From: Macrostomum lignano
Taxonomy: Eukaryota
Reading direction: 5' to 3'
DNA length: 64,000 bases
Assembly (NCBI GenBank): GCA_002269645.1
Contig: NIVC01001029.1
Coordinates: forward strand, 85,847 to 149,846
Shown: positions 11,331 to 26,982 of the stretch, piece by piece
How positions within the stretch are numbered: position 1 is the first letter of the stretch
Layout of the letters: every line of letters starts with the position of its first letter
Notes under the pieces: generated by a model
The model's input: the letters and a program-made list of their open reading frames with translations, nothing else
What the model was told of the DNA's origin: nothing
Database searches by the model: none
Translations under genes and position numbers: made by a program

Positions 11331-14300
11331 AAAACCTCATCTCTCTCAAAAGCACTTCTTATTCCATCCACCAGAATAGTTTTATAATGGCATGCGTACG
11401 ATAATCATTGATTGTATTTTCAAGAGCCAGTTTTGCTTTAGTAGCTTCTGTTGCTACTATAAACCTACGATACGCAACAACAAGGTACGCAAGTAATAAA
11501 TGTGCCACAATCTTTGATTGAGTAGCGTTGTATCCACGTCAGCCATGTTTTCTTTATGGATATTCTTTTTTAGGACTTTTGTTACATTATCTAGTAAGGA
11601 AAAATCTATTATTTCTATTGTTAATTACCGCCTATAGAAAATCTTTATTAAGGATTCGTTAATCCACCGATTAAAAGCCATCCTGTCTGCGACTTTGGCT
11701 GTGCAGTGTACATCCGTGTAGTAATTAGGTTCTAACCTTTTTGCATTCTTTTTGGAACTAAGCTGAAATACACTATGCTCGCGACTTAAACCATTCCGTC
11801 CGGTCCAATGAGGTGAAAAACTCATCTTCTGACTATTGATTAGTCTATTGTGAGACATGCGAGTATATAATTGTAGGTCATATTATCATATGCCCTCTCT
11901 GACTTTGTAGTTGTAAATTTTATCTACCAACGCTAAGCAATATATAATGCGTGCATGCATTTAATGAGGGGAAGTAAAGTACAACTGATATTGTAGGATG
12001 GCCTTACTATTTGGTTATGAAATAACCAGCTGATTAAAATTTAAAAGCGTAGTTGCTTTAAAACTGTCAGTAAAAATGCCATTAAAGCGAACTGGACATT
12101 AGATTGTTTCAGCTGACCAGGTGCAAAAGCTCTGCTGCCATTTCACCGAAAAAGCTCTTGTTTGTCCGGCTAATCACGGAACCGAAGTACACTTGTGAGG
12201 AAATGAGGTGAGCTAATTTATTGTAGAATACATATAGGTCAGCTCTCACAATGAAGTCTGCAGGCACAGGCACTAATATAGCATTTTGCAAGCTAGTAGA
12301 GACTACTAACAAGCAATTTAATCCTAGATAGCAAAAACACATGCATTTTGAGCCTCACTGCTAGTTGTCTATGGTAAAAAGTGTGTCAAACCGACAGGCA
12401 ATTTAATCCTTGGAGCACTCATTGACATATGGCCAAGCATTCTTAAATTGCTGACACTATTCATTGTCTATGGCCAAAAAGCAATCCACCAATAACGCGA
12501 CTGTGCAGTAAATCCCAAGCCGTGCTGTAAATTCCAACCACCGTGCTGTAAATTCCCGCACGTATTCAACTTATTAAATTTATTTAAGTCTACCGGGTAA
12601 ATCTCAAACACAGAAGTAAAAAAATTGACAAAAAATAAAAGTTCTGTGGCATGCAAAATAATGCTTTACCTCTGAAGATTAAACAATAATATAATAATTT
12701 TTCTACTTAAAACCACAAGTAGGCCTGAATTTCAAGAAAGAATGCTGTTTGTTTTTTCGAAGGGTATTCTGACAACGATTAATACCGAAGATAAACTGTT
12801 TGTTTATTTAACATACAAAATTGTAGTTTTTGTTTTTTTAGAGTTAAATTTCTATTGGTTTGTAGTATACACAAAATATTCTTTGTTTTTAAGAAACATT
12901 TTGTTATAAATTGAGGCTGTTTATAGTTACTTAATTTAACGTGCTAAGAATCTGCCTGATTTAATATAAACGGAATATACGGTACCTAAACCATTTTTTA
13001 TATATATATCGACAACATATCCCGTTGACGGACTGATAACGAACGGAGTTTATTATTGATGGCAATGAAACGATGCCAATTGGGTTATTTATCTTTACTA
13101 AAATTTAATATGGCGAAACCTACAAATTCTGTAATATTCAGACTGACACCGATGGATCATGGATCTAGTATTCAACTTGAACATATTTTAATTAAGCAAA
13201 TGTATTGAATTTTCTTTAAATTACACGTTTGTCTCTTTAATTCAACTGAATCAAGTTTTGCAACTATCAAATTGCAAGCCATACCACAAAAATAACACCA
13301 ATACTTTCCCTTAATTTCTTGACAAAGAACTCGAAGCTGCTGTTCTCTCATACTGCTAAAAAGCTAGAAGTTAAAAAATATACTTATACATTTTACTTTT
13401 GAAGTTTTGACTAAGGTTTCCATCACTGATCAAATATATCGTCTGTAGAATGTAGATGTTTGTTTGTAAATTAAAGCAAAACAAAAAATTGCATGTATAT
13501 TTCCCATTTCTACTTTAAAATGTGCAAGAAAAAACAGACTGAAACAGATACTTGAACTGCACTGGACTTATATAAAGAAGTGCAGACCATAAAAATGCAA
13601 TGAAATTAAAAGCGTACAGTTACTCGCACTGGGAAAATGTACAACAGTAAATAAAAGCCAAAAAGATACTGGCAAAAAGAAAAAAAAACAGAAAACTTAC
13701 AGACTGAAAAATACTATATAAAGCAGATATGGCACTGAAAACTAAGAAAAATGTAAATGGCAAATGGCAAATGTTAAACTGGAAACTAAAACATATATAT
13801 ATGCTGAGAGAAAGGTAATACAGTATGCTAAGAGAAAGCAACAGATGTACAGGCCAGGATAAGATGCAACTGACAGTACAAATACAGTATATAGGATTTC
13901 AAACTCTTACATAGATGTGTTAGTTTTTATGCCCAACACTGTAACTACACAGTGCACATGTGAAACAATGTGCATGTGTGGCATTTGGCATTGGCCCAGC
14001 CCAGCAATTCTTTCTACCCTCATGACTGCTATGCCATCATGGCCAACACTCCCTTCTTGCACTGTACTATAGAGATACATATAAATATATTCTATTATCA
14101 TGCAATATCCACTTTTATTCCAGACAAGAAATGAATTTTGAAGTAAATTTGTGTATTGTAGAAAATAGAAACCATATAAGAATGAGGTATTATCATCTTA
14201 ATGTTATCTGGTATCAATTTAAAGAAAATAACTGTAGTAATTTTAGGAATGTCTACATTGAAAATTGCCAAAATTTACAAATAGACAGATAGACTCTCAC

Positions 14301-15338
14301 TTTGTATTTTTGTAAATGAATACCAAGATAGCAGAGTACAATTGAAAATGACTAAATAGAAATAATAGATATGGCATTCAAATTGCAAGGTAAACATATA
14401 CTGCTACACACAGATATTGAGATATAAATACAAATAGAAGTAGATAGATTGTGCTTCCTAATTATGAGTAAAAAGGCTTTCTAAGGTGTCATTAAATACA
14501 ATAAAAGTATGCAATACCAGGATTCTTTTTGCTTTCTCCTAACCATGCAAACTGTTTCTAAGGGTTCCTGTTCCTGCCATACCTATTGTCTTTTGCTAGC
14601 CCAAATAGGCATTCAAATATGATAACATTAGAGGAATATATTAAATACATTGGCAAAAACAAATTAGAATATTTATATGGATTACCAAACATTAGAGCTC
14701 AAATATACACATAAGATCAAAATTGAATATCATTACAAGCGAATTCATCAAAGATTTTCATACAAAATAAACAAACTGCTTACTTAAGTATGTTAGTTGG
14801 CTATAAATGGTAAAAACCCATATAATGAACTTAATAAGGTCTATACTTCTTTAGTAAAATCACAAGAACATGCAATAAAAAACTACTCTTTGTTTAGTAT
14901 TTTTCTACATAATAACAAGTTTTGGGAACATTTACATGCTTATGAGCTGAGTAAACTTACACCTTACAGGAAATTTTGTGCTCATGAAAAAGTCAAAATG
15001 TAACATCAATAGGCATAAGTAAGTAACAATGCATTGACAGTCGCAGATAAAACAAAATAACAATATTTAAAATGTCTCTGAAAGAATGAATCACTAAAGA
15101 TCAAAATGTTTGGCGTTGTTTATCAGAAAACCTACACCTTACAGGAATTTTTCAACAGTAGACAAGTGTCATGCAATTAAGACAGGGCTAAATAAGTTCA
15201 TAAATATTGAAAACACAGCCGTAAAATATCCACAAGCTCACAGATAAAGGTTTTCCCCTATATTTTCAGTCATTGTCCCATAGACAAAAATAGTACACGT
15301 ACACAAAAGAGCGTTATGAAACAAAAAAACGTACTTAA

Positions 15339-17029
<1,691 letters not shown>

Positions 17030-17237
17030 AAGTACAAGTCAGAAAAATACGTTTTCGGTCGCTATCGCCACGATAAAAGCATAAGCTCTGGCTAAAAGTT
17101 TAAAGACACATTTTTCAATCAGTTTTTTATAAATAAAAGTTAAATTTATGTACAAATACTTCTGGTTTAACAATTAAATTCATGCTGAAAGAAAAAATTT
17201 GTTTATAACTTACGTATATTTCAATTTGAGATTTACC

Positions 17238-19443
17238 CTACCTGAGCTACTGGTCTAATTCTACCTGAGCTACTGGTCTAATTCTACCTGAGCTAATGAG
17301 CTAATCCTGCCTAAGCTACTGTCTCAGTACCTGAGCTACTGACCCAATTCTACCTGAGCTACTGGTCTAATTCTACCTGAGCTAATGAGCTAATCCTGCC
17401 TAAGCTACTGTCTCAGTACCTGAGCTACTGACCCAATTCTACCTGAGCTACTGAACCAATTCTACCTGAGCTAGTGAACCAATTCTACCTGAGCTAGTGA
17501 ACCAATTCTACCTGAGCTACTTGTCCAATTCTACCTGAGCTACTGAACCAATTCTGCCTGAGCTACTGATCCAATTCTACCTGAGCTACTGAACCAATTC
17601 TACCTGAGCTACTGAACCAATTCTACTTGAGCTACTGAACCAATTCTACCTGAGCTACTGAACCAATTCTACCTGAGCTACTGAACCAATTCTACCTGAG
17701 CTACTGAACCAATTCTACCTGAGCTACTGACCCAATTCTACCTGAGCTACTGAACCAATTCTACTTGAGCTACTGAACCAATTCTGCCTGAGCTACTGAA
17801 CCAATTCTACCTGAGCTACTGAACCAATTCTACCTGAGCTACTGAACCAATTCTACCTGAACTACTGAACCAATTCTACCTAAGCTACTGAACCAATTCT
17901 GCCTGAGCTACTGAACCAATTCTACCTGAGCTACTGAACCAATTCTGCCTGAGCTACTGAACCAATTCTGCCTGAGCTACTGAACCAATTCTACCTGAGC
18001 TACTGAACCAATTCTACCTGAGCTACTGAACCAATTCTACCTGAGCTACTGAACCAATTCTACCTGAGCTACTGAACCAATTCTACTTGAGCTACTGAAC
18101 CAATTCTACCTGAGCTACTGAACCAATTCTACCTGAGCTACTGAACCAATTCTGCCTGAGCTACTGAACCAATTCTACCTGAGCTACTGACCCAATTCTA
18201 CCTGAACTACTGAACCAATTCTACCTGAGCTAGTAAACCAATTCTACCTGAGCTACTGAACCAATTCTGCCTGAGCTACTGAACCAATTCTACCTGAGCT
18301 ACTGAACCAATTCTACCTGAGCTACTGAACCAATTCTACCTGAACTACTGAACCAATTCTACCTGAGCTACTGAACCAATTCTACCTGAGCTACTGAACC
18401 AATTCTACCTGAGCTACTGAACCAATTCTACTTGAGCTACTGAACCAATTCTGCCTGAGCTACTGAACCAATTCTGCCTGAGCTACTGAACCAATTCTAC
18501 CTGAGCTACTGACCCAATTCTACCTGAGCTAGTAAACCAATTCTACCTGAGCTACTGAACCAATTCTACCTGAGCTACTGAACCAATTCTACCTGAGCTA
18601 GTGAACCAATTCTACCTGAGCTACTGACCCAATTCTGCCTGAGCTACTGAACCAATTCTACCTGAGCTACTGAACCAATTCTACCTGAGCTACTGACCCA
18701 ATTCTACCTGAGCTAGTAAACCAATTCTACCTGAGCTACTGAACCAATTCTACCTGAGCTACTGAACCAATTCTACCTGAGCTACTGAACCAATTCTACC
18801 TGAGCTACTGAACCAATTCTACCTGAGCAACTGAACCAATTCTACCTGAGCTAGTAAACCAATTCTACCTGAGCTACTGAACCAATTCTACCTGAGCTAC
18901 TGAACCAATTCTACCTGAGCTACTGAACCAATTCTACCTGAGCTACTGAACCAATTCTACTTGAGCTACTGAACCAATTCTGCCTGAGCTACTGAACCAA
19001 TTCTGCCTGAGCTACTGAACCAATTCTACCTGAGCTACTGACCCAATTCTACCTGAGCTAGTAAACCAATTCTACCTGAGCTACTGAACCAATTCTACCT
19101 GAGCTACTGAACCAATTCTACCTGAGCTAGTGAACCAATTCTACCTGAGCTACTGAACCAATTCTGCCTGAGCTACTGAACCAATTCTACCTGAGCTAGT
19201 GAACCAATTCTGCCTGAGCTACTGAACCAATTCTACCTGAGCTACTGAACCAATTCTGCCTGAGCTACTGAACCAATTCTACCTGAGCTAGTGAACCAAT
19301 TCTGCCTGAGCTAGTGAACCAATTCTACCTGAGCTACTGAACCAATTCTGCCTGAGCTACTGAACCAATTCTACCTGAGCTAGTGAACCAATTCTGCCTG
19401 AGCTACTGAACCAATTCTACCTAAGCTACTGAACTAATTCTAT
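17238..19443. repeat. 23-bp minisatellite (CTACCTGAGCTACTGAACCAATT)n, ~95 copies
   Basis: Direct tandem periodicity. Confidence 0.98.
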
Positions 19444-20086
19444 CAGCTGAGGTACCGAAATTTAGGACTGAAACTTACATGTTCGCAGGCAAAAATATTT
19501 TCCATTGCTGTTGTCACTTAATTAAAATAAATTATAAAGCCCTCTTATCCCTCTTATAGTCCATGCGTGCGGTAAATTCCAATCTATCTGTCTATGGCTA
19601 AAACCAGAAGAATGCTTTGCCCATAAATCAATGAATCTATCACTAGGTTCCTTCGTGCGTAAATAGTCTATGGCTCATAGTCTATGGCCCCCTAAGCTAA
19701 CGCGCACTCGTGCCAAGACTATTTTCGCACTCGAAACCTAGAGATAAATCTACCATTTAAGCACTATCTTGCTCGGCCTTTCCATTTATTTCATGCATGC
19801 CTCCAACCAAACCAACCAGGAAGCTCCATATGAAAAGTTACGACGCAGAACAAGGTTCAGCAAAAAAGTTCACTTAACGAAACCTTCATATAAAGAAACA
19901 CACGACAGAAAAGTTTTTGCATGTACGTTTGGACTTCAGTTAGTTACATACTAAGATAGTTTTTGCTATCTTGGATTAAATTGCTTGCTCGTAGTCTCTA
20001 CTAGCTTGCAAAATGCTATAGCTCTGCACTGAAATATTCTAGAATGTGCATGATTACATCTGTTCCATAAGAGGAATGGAACCCAT

Positions 20087-22050
20087 GATGACAGTTCAAT
20101 CTGAGAGCTGATGATGCCAGCTCAATCTGAGAGCTGAGGATGCCAGCTCAATCTGAGAGCTGATGATGGCAGCTCAATCTGAGAGCTGATGATGCCAGCT
20201 CAATCTGAGAGCTGAGGATGCCAGCTCAACCTGAGAGCTGAGGATGACAGTTCAATCTGAGAGCTGATGATGCCAGCTCAATCTGAGAGCTGAGGATGCC
20301 AGCTCAATCTGAGAGCTGATGATGGCAGCTCAATCTGAGAGCTGATGATGCCAGCTCAATCTGAGAGCTGAGGATGGCAGCTCAACCTGAGAGCTGAGGA
20401 TGACAGTTCAATCTGAGAGCTGATGATGCCAGCTCAATCTGAGAGCTGAGGATGCCAGCTCAATCTGAGAGCTGATGATGGCAGCTCAATCTGAGAGCTG
20501 AGGATGGCAGCTCAATCTGAGAGCTGATGATGGCAGCTCAATCTGAGAGCTGATGATGGCAGCTCAATCTGAGAGCTGATGATGCCAGCTCAATCTGAGA
20601 GCTGATGATGCCAGCTTAATCTGAGAGCTGAGGATGGCAGCTCAACCTGAGAGCTGAGGATGACAGTTCAATCTGAGAGCTGATGATGCCAGCTCAATCT
20701 GAGAGCTGAGGATGCCAGCTCAATCTGAGAGCTGATGATGGCAGCTCAATCTGAGAGCTGAGGATGCCAGCTCAATCTGAGAGCTGATGATGGCAGCTCA
20801 ATCTGAGAGCTGATGATGGCAGCTCAACCTGAGAGCTGAGGATGGCAGCTCAATCTGAGAGCTGATGATGGCAGCTCAATCTGAGAGCTTAGGATGGCAG
20901 CTCAATCTGAGAGCTGAGGATGGCAGCTCAACCTGAGAGCTGAGGATGGCAGCTCAATCTGAGAGCTGATGATGGCAGCTCAATCTAAGAGCTGAGGATG
21001 GCAGCTCAATCTGAGAGCTGATGATGCCAGCTCAATCTGAGAGCTGATGATGGCAGCTCAATCTGAGAGCTGAGGATGGCAGCTCAACCTGAGAGCTGAG
21101 GATGGCAGTTCAATCTGAGCTGAGGATGGCAGCTCAACCTGAGAGCTGAGGATGGCAGCTCAATCTGAGAGCTGAGGATGGCAGCTCAACCTGAGAGCTG
21201 AGGATGGCAGCTCAATCTGAGAGCTGAGGATGGCAGCTCAATCTGAGAGCTGATGATGGCAGCTCAATCTGAGAGCTGATGATGGCAGCTCAATCTGAGA
21301 GCTGAGGATGGCAGCTCAATCTGAGAGCTGAGGATGGCAGCTCAACCTGAGAGCTGATGATGCCAGCTCAATCTGAGAGCTGATGATGCCAGCTCAATCT
21401 GAGAGCTGAGGATGGCAGCTCAACCTGAGAGCTGATGATGCCAGCTCAATCTGAGAGCTGATGATGGCAGCTCAATCTGAGAGCTGAGGATGGCAGCTCA
21501 ATCTGAGAGCTGATGATGGCAGCTCAATCTGAGAGCTGAGGATGGCAGCTCAATCTGAGAGCTGAGGATGGCAGCTCAATCTGAGAGCTGAGGATGGCAG
21601 CTCAATCTGAGAGCTGAGGATGGCAGCTCAACCAGCTCAACCTGAGAGCTGAGGATGGCAGCTCAATCTGAGAGCTGATGATGGCAGCTCAACCTGAGAG
21701 CTGATGATGCCAGCTCAATCTGAGAGCTGAGGATGGCAGCTCAATCTGAGATCTGAGGATGCCAGCTCAATCTGAGAGCTGATGATGGCAGCTCAATCTG
21801 AGAGCTGAGGATGGCAGCTCAATCTGAGAGCTGAGGATGGCAGCTCAATCTGAGAGCTGAGGATGGCAGCTCAATCTGAGAGCTGAGGATGGCAGCTCAA
21901 TCTGAGAGCTGAGGATGGCAGCTCATCTGAGAGCTGAGGATGGCAGCTCAATCTGAGAGCTGAGGATGGCAGCTCAATCTGAGAGCTGAGGATGGCAGCT
22001 CAATCTGAGAGCTGAGGATGGCAGCTCAACCAGCTCAATCTGAGAGCTGA
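20087..22050. repeat. 26-bp minisatellite (TCAATCTGAGAGCTGAGGATGGCAGC)n running into a gap
   Basis: Direct tandem periodicity; unit variants GAT/GAG and GCC/GGC. Confidence 0.98.
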
Positions 22051-22581
22051 NNNNNNNNNNNNNNNNNNNNNNNNNNNNNNNNNNNNNNNNNNNNNNNNNN
22101 NNNNNNNNNNNNNNNNNNNNNNNNNNNNNNNNNNNNNNNNNNNNNNNNNNNNNNNNNNNNNNNNNNNNNNNNNNNNNNNNNNNNNNNNNNNNNNNNNNNN
22201 NNNNNNNNNNNNNNNNNNNNNNNNNNNNNNNNNNNNNNNNNNNNNNNNNNNNNNNNNNNNNNNNNNNNNNNNNNNNNNNNNNNNNNNNNNNNNNNNNNNN
22301 NNNNNNNNNNNNNNNNNNNNNNNNNNNNNNNNNNNNNNNNNNNNNNNNNNNNNNNNNNNNNNNNNNNNNNNNNNNNNNNNNNNNNNNNNNNNNNNNNNNN
22401 NNNNNNNNNNNNNNNNNNNNNNNNNNNNNNNNNNNNNNNNNNNNNNNNNNNNNNNNNNNNNNNNNNNNNNNNNNNNNNNNNNNNNNNNNNNNNNNNNNNN
22501 NNNNNNNNNNNNNNNNNNNNNNNNNNNNNNNNNNNNNNNNNNNNNNNNNNNNNNNNNNNNNNNNNNNNNNNNNNNNNNNNN
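22051..22581. other. Assembly gap (531 N)
   Basis: Run of N. Confidence 1.
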
Positions 22582-22605
22582 TCCCTTATTGCTATTCAAA
22601 TTTAA

Positions 22606-23560
22606 ATCCAGTGCCCCTCTAATCAAATCCAGTGCCCCTCTACTCAAATCCAGTGTCCCTAAACTCAAATCCAGTGTCCCTATACTCAAAACCAGTGTCC
22701 CTATACTCAAATCCAGTGTCCCTATACTCAAATCCAGTGTCCCTATACTCAAATCCAGTGTCCCTATACTCAAATCCAGTGTCCCTATACTCAAATCTAG
22801 TGTCCCTATACTCAAATCCAGTGTCCCCTATACTCAAATCCAGTGTCCTATACTCAAATCCAGTGTCCCTATACTCAAATCCAGTGTCCCTATACTCAAA
22901 TCCAGTGTCCCTATACTCAAATCCAGTGTCCCTATACTCAAATCTAGTGTCCTATACTCAAATCCAGTGTCCTATACTCAAATCCAGTGTCCCTATACTC
23001 AAATCCAGTGTCCCTATACTCAAATCTAGTGTCCCTATACTCAAATCAGTGTCCTATACTCAAATCCAGTGTCCCTATACTCAAATCCAGTGTCCCTATA
23101 CTCAAATCTAGTGTCCCTATACTCAAATCCAGTGTCCCTATACTCAAATCCAGTGTCCCTATACTCAAATCCAGTGTCCCTATACTCAAATCCAGTGTCC
23201 CTATACTCAAATCCAGTGTCCTATACTCAAATCCAGTGTCCCTATACTCAAATCCAGTGTCTATACTCAAATCCAGTGTCCCTATACTCAAATCCAGTGT
23301 CCTATACTCAAATCTAGTGTCCCTATACTCAAATCCAGTGTCCCTATACTCAAATCCAGTGTCCCTATACTCAAATCCAGTGTCCCTATACTCAAATCCA
23401 GTGTCCCTATACTCAAATCCAGTGTCCCTATACCAAATCCAGTGTCCCTATACTCAAATCCAGTGTCCCTATACTCAAATCTAGTGTCCCTATACTCAAA
23501 TCCAGTGTCCCTATACTCAAATCCAGTGTCCCTATACTCAAATCCAGTGTCCCTATACTT
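22606..23560. repeat. 21-bp minisatellite (ACTCAAATCCAGTGTCCCTAT)n
   Basis: Direct tandem periodicity; explains the 7-aa-repeat ORFs in this region. Confidence 0.97.
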
Positions 23561-23944
23561 AAACATCGGCACCCCATACAGCTTTACTCAAACCGAGCTA
23601 CTCCAACTAGCTTCAGTGGCACAAAGGTACCGAAGTCACAAGCGGACTTAATATCTCTGTTTACAGAACATTTTGAAGAAAACAACTCTAATGTATAATA
23701 AGCAGTTCAAAAATAATTATGCAAAAGATATTAAAGCCAGAGCAAATGTATACATGTGAAGGTCAGCGCGTTCGCCCTCGGACTAACTAGTTAGTGTTAT
23801 TAAAGTTTAATAATGCCCACATAACAAAATTAATTAACTAACTAAACACGGAACCGCAATATAAAAGTGCAATGAAAATTTTTACCTTGCATAATCATCA
23901 TCACCAAATTATAATCGTGTTTAGTTGATGTTTTGAGGACAGGC

Positions 23945-24626
23945 TCAAATGTTGAGCTGGTCAGATTTGCCGTTGGCACCAGCGTCCGCGGGGCGGCGCG
24001 CGGCTGCCTCGCTCGCGTCGGAGACGCTCCTCGCGCATCTTCACCATGGTTAGGAGAAGGCGCCGGCCACCACAGGGCAGTTGCTCAGCCACCAGATGGC
24101 CGACTTGTGCTCGGAATAGACGAACACGGCCAGCAGGGTCTGCAGCACGGCCTTGGTGTTGTTGCTGATGTGGTGCGTGACCGGGCTGGTGTAATCAATC
24201 TGCATGTTCGAGGCCCAGCCAATGAGGAAGCTGAGCACCCCAGACAAGGCCAGCAGCAGCAGGAATGAGAAGTCGGTGCCGCGGGAGCTGTAAGCGGCCG
24301 AGAATTGTCGAACAGATTAGCAACGGCATGAATAGAATCGAGCCGCCAATGTTCATGTAGTAGGTGACGCGGCCGGGCCTGGTTCTTTGAGATCATGTCC
24401 AGCAGGCGCTTCGTGAAGATGCCGTTGAGCGACACGAACAGCGAGGTCGACACGCCGTACATGACGCCAACAGTGGACAGGGTGCCGGCCACTTTCTCTT
24501 GATCGACCCGAGGACGAAGCCGGCGGCCACAATCAGGCAGCAGAGCCACACGGGCAGGGAGGAGACCCGGCGCAGCAGGATTGACGAGAAAATCACCGTG
24601 AATATCAGCGTCATGGACCGGGCCAC
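23945..24626 (-). CDS. SLC35C1: GDP-fucose transporter (SLC35C1-like) exon 2, at least 4 apparent frameshifts
   Basis: Acceptor CCCCGCAG|GTG at 24627. Frames piece together as VARSMTLIFTVIFS...GFVLG/VDQEKVAGTLS...SLNGIFTK/VTYYMNIGGSILFMP/SGVLSFLIGWASNMQIDYTSPVTHHISNNTKAVLQT...WWLSN, as in SLC35C1. The 3' end is approximate. Confidence 0.8.
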
Positions 24627-24688
24627 CTGCGGGGACGAGACAGCTCAGTTTGATGGTTCTGCCACACAGCTGCACTAACATTAATAGG

Positions 24689-26500
24689 ATAATCTCAGCC
24701 TCACAGAATATAAACACAAGAATCTCAGCCCCACAGAATATAAACACAATAATCTCAGCCCCACAGAATATAAACACAATAATCTCAGCCCCACAGAATA
24801 TAAACACAATAATCTCAGCCCCACAGAATATAAACACAAGAATCTCAGCCCCACAGAATATAAACACAATAATCTCAGCCCCACAGAATATAAACACAAG
24901 AATCTCAGCCCCACAGAATATAAACACAATAATCTCAGCCCACAGAATATAAACACAAGAATCTCAGCCCACAGAATATAAAAACAATAATCTCAGCCCA
25001 CAGAATATAAACACAAGAATCTCAGTCATAGAGAGTATAAACACAAGAATGTCAGTCACACAGAATATAAACACAAGAATGTCAGTCACACAGAATATAA
25101 ACACAAGAATGTCAGTCACACAGAATATAAACACAAGAATGTCAGCCACACAGAATATAAACAAAATAATCTCAGCCCCACAGAATATAAACACAATAAT
25201 CTCAGCCCCACAGAATATAAACACAAGAATCTCAGTCACACAGAATATAAACACAATAATCTCAGCCACACAGAATATAAACACAAGAATCTCAGTCATA
25301 GAGAGTATAAACACAAGAATGTCAGTCACACAGAATATAAACACAATAATCTCAGCCCCACAGAATATAAACACAACAATCTCAGCCCCACAGAATATAA
25401 ACACAATAATCTCAGCCCACAGAATATAAACACAAGAATGTCAGCCACACAGAATATAAACAAAATAATCTCAGCCACACAGAATATAAACACAAGAATG
25501 TCAGCCACACAGAATATAAACACAATAATCTCAGCCCCACAGAATATAAGCACAACAATCTCAGCCCCACAGAATATAAACACAAGAATCTCAGCCACAC
25601 AGAATATAAACACAAGAATCTCAGTCACACAGAATATAAACACAAGAATCTCAGCCACACAGAATATAAACACAAGAATCTCAGCCACACAGAATATAAA
25701 CACAAGAATCTCAGTCACACAGAATATAAACACAATAATCTCAGTCACACACAGAGTATAAACACAAGAATCTCAGCCACACAGAATATAAACACAATAA
25801 TCTCAGTCACACATAATATAAACACAAGAATCTCAGTCACACACAGAGTATAAACACAAGAATCTCAGTCACACACAGAGTATAAACACAAGAATCTCAG
25901 TCACACAGAGTATAAACACAAGAATCTCAGTCACACACAGTATAAACACAAGAATCTCAGTCACACACACAGTATAAACACAAGAATCTCAGCCACACAG
26001 AATATAAACACAAGAATCTCAGTCACACAGAATATAAACACAAGAATCTCAGCCACACAGAATATAAACACAAGAATCTCAGTCATAGAGAGTATAAACA
26101 CAAGAATGTCAGTCACACAGAATATAAACACAAGAATGTCAGCCACACAGAATATAAACACAAGAATCTCAGTCACACAGAATATAAACACAAGAATCTC
26201 AGTCACACACAGTATAAACACAAGAATCTCAGTCACACAGAATATAAACACAAGAATCTCAGTCATACAGAGTATAAACACAAGAATGTCAGTCACACAG
26301 AATATAAACACAAGAATCTCAGTCATACAGAGTATAAACACAAGAATCTCAGCCACACAGAATATAAACACAAGAATCTCAGTCACACAGAATATAAACT
26401 CAAGAATCTCAGTCACACAGAATATAAACACAAGAATCTCAGCCACACAGAATATAAACACAAGAATCTCAGCCACACAGAATATAAACACAAGAATCTC
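24689..26500. repeat. Intronic 30-bp minisatellite (ACAGAATATAAACACAAGAATCTCAGTCAC)n, ~60 copies
   Basis: Tandem periodicity inside the 2003-bp intron 24627-26629. Confidence 0.98.
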
Positions 26501-26507
26501 AACATAA

Positions 26508-26577
26508 CAGTAAGAATCGAACCCCGACCTTCAAGTCGTGAGTCCGACGCTCTGACCACGAGGCTACAACCCACAGT
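26508..26577 (-). pseudogene. tRNA-derived element (elongator tRNA-Met-like body, CAC at the anticodon position, broken acceptor stem)
   Basis: Minus strand reads TAGCCTCGTGGTCAGAGCGTCGGACTCACGACTTGAAGGTCGGGGTTCGATTCTTAC. It has an A box, a B box GGTTCGATTC and resemblance to the tRNA-Met segment GCGTCAGTCTCATAATCTGAAGGTCGTGAGTTCGATCCTCAC. The acceptor stem does not pair. Confidence 0.65.
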
Positions 26578-26629
26578 ACAACACAGGTGATAACGCCAGC
26601 AGAACAGTGCAGTCAGAAAAGAATCTCAC

Positions 26630-26982
26630 CTGGAAGAAGGCGACGCCCACATACTTCAAGCAGAGATTATTAAAGGTAAGCATGCCAGTGAACATGCAGG
26701 ACAGAGCAACAGGAAATCTCTGTTCAGGCAGAATCTCCCTAGACAGTGGCGCAGCTCAATGTCGTGGCCGAGAACCAGACGCCGAAATGCCACAAGCGCC
26801 ACGACCACTAGCACGGTGGACACACACTGGGCCCAGGCTACAAACAGGGACACGTCCAGCTTATCGGACAGTTTATCTCCGACCAGATATTTGTTGGCGA
26901 ACACCATGGAGATGGACACTGTCCAGTAGGTGACGATGACGCCAACTATTTTTATTGGCGGATGCGACTTTTCACTTGGCAT
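26630..26982 (-). CDS. SLC35C1: GDP-fucose transporter (SLC35C1-like) exon 1, one apparent frameshift near 26710
   Basis: [15 protein letters not shown]...FVAWAQC then [22 protein letters not shown] (SLC35C1: [20 protein letters not shown]); donor CAG|GTGAGA at 26630/26629; ATG at 26982. Confidence 0.85.

Noticed and set aside
17238-22050. CRISPR-like regular repeats
   Set aside because: Contiguous tandem units with no unique spacers, no cas genes and a eukaryotic context.
22000-22815. ORFs spanning the N gaps (also 37969-38879)
   Set aside because: Artefacts of translating N runs.
22606-23560. Possible kinship of the 21-bp arrays at 22.6 and 58.9 kb (CTAT..TCAAA; AGTGCC versus GGCACT)
   Set aside because: Similarity is too short to distinguish from chance.
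24650-26507. QNINT.IS / IFCG.EI repeat proteins
   Set aside because: In-frame 30-bp intronic minisatellite between canonical SLC35C1 splice sites.
26508-26577. Functional tRNA-Val(CAC)
   Set aside because: The acceptor stem does not pair, the T and anticodon stems are defective, and the body resembles tRNA-Met; treated as derived.
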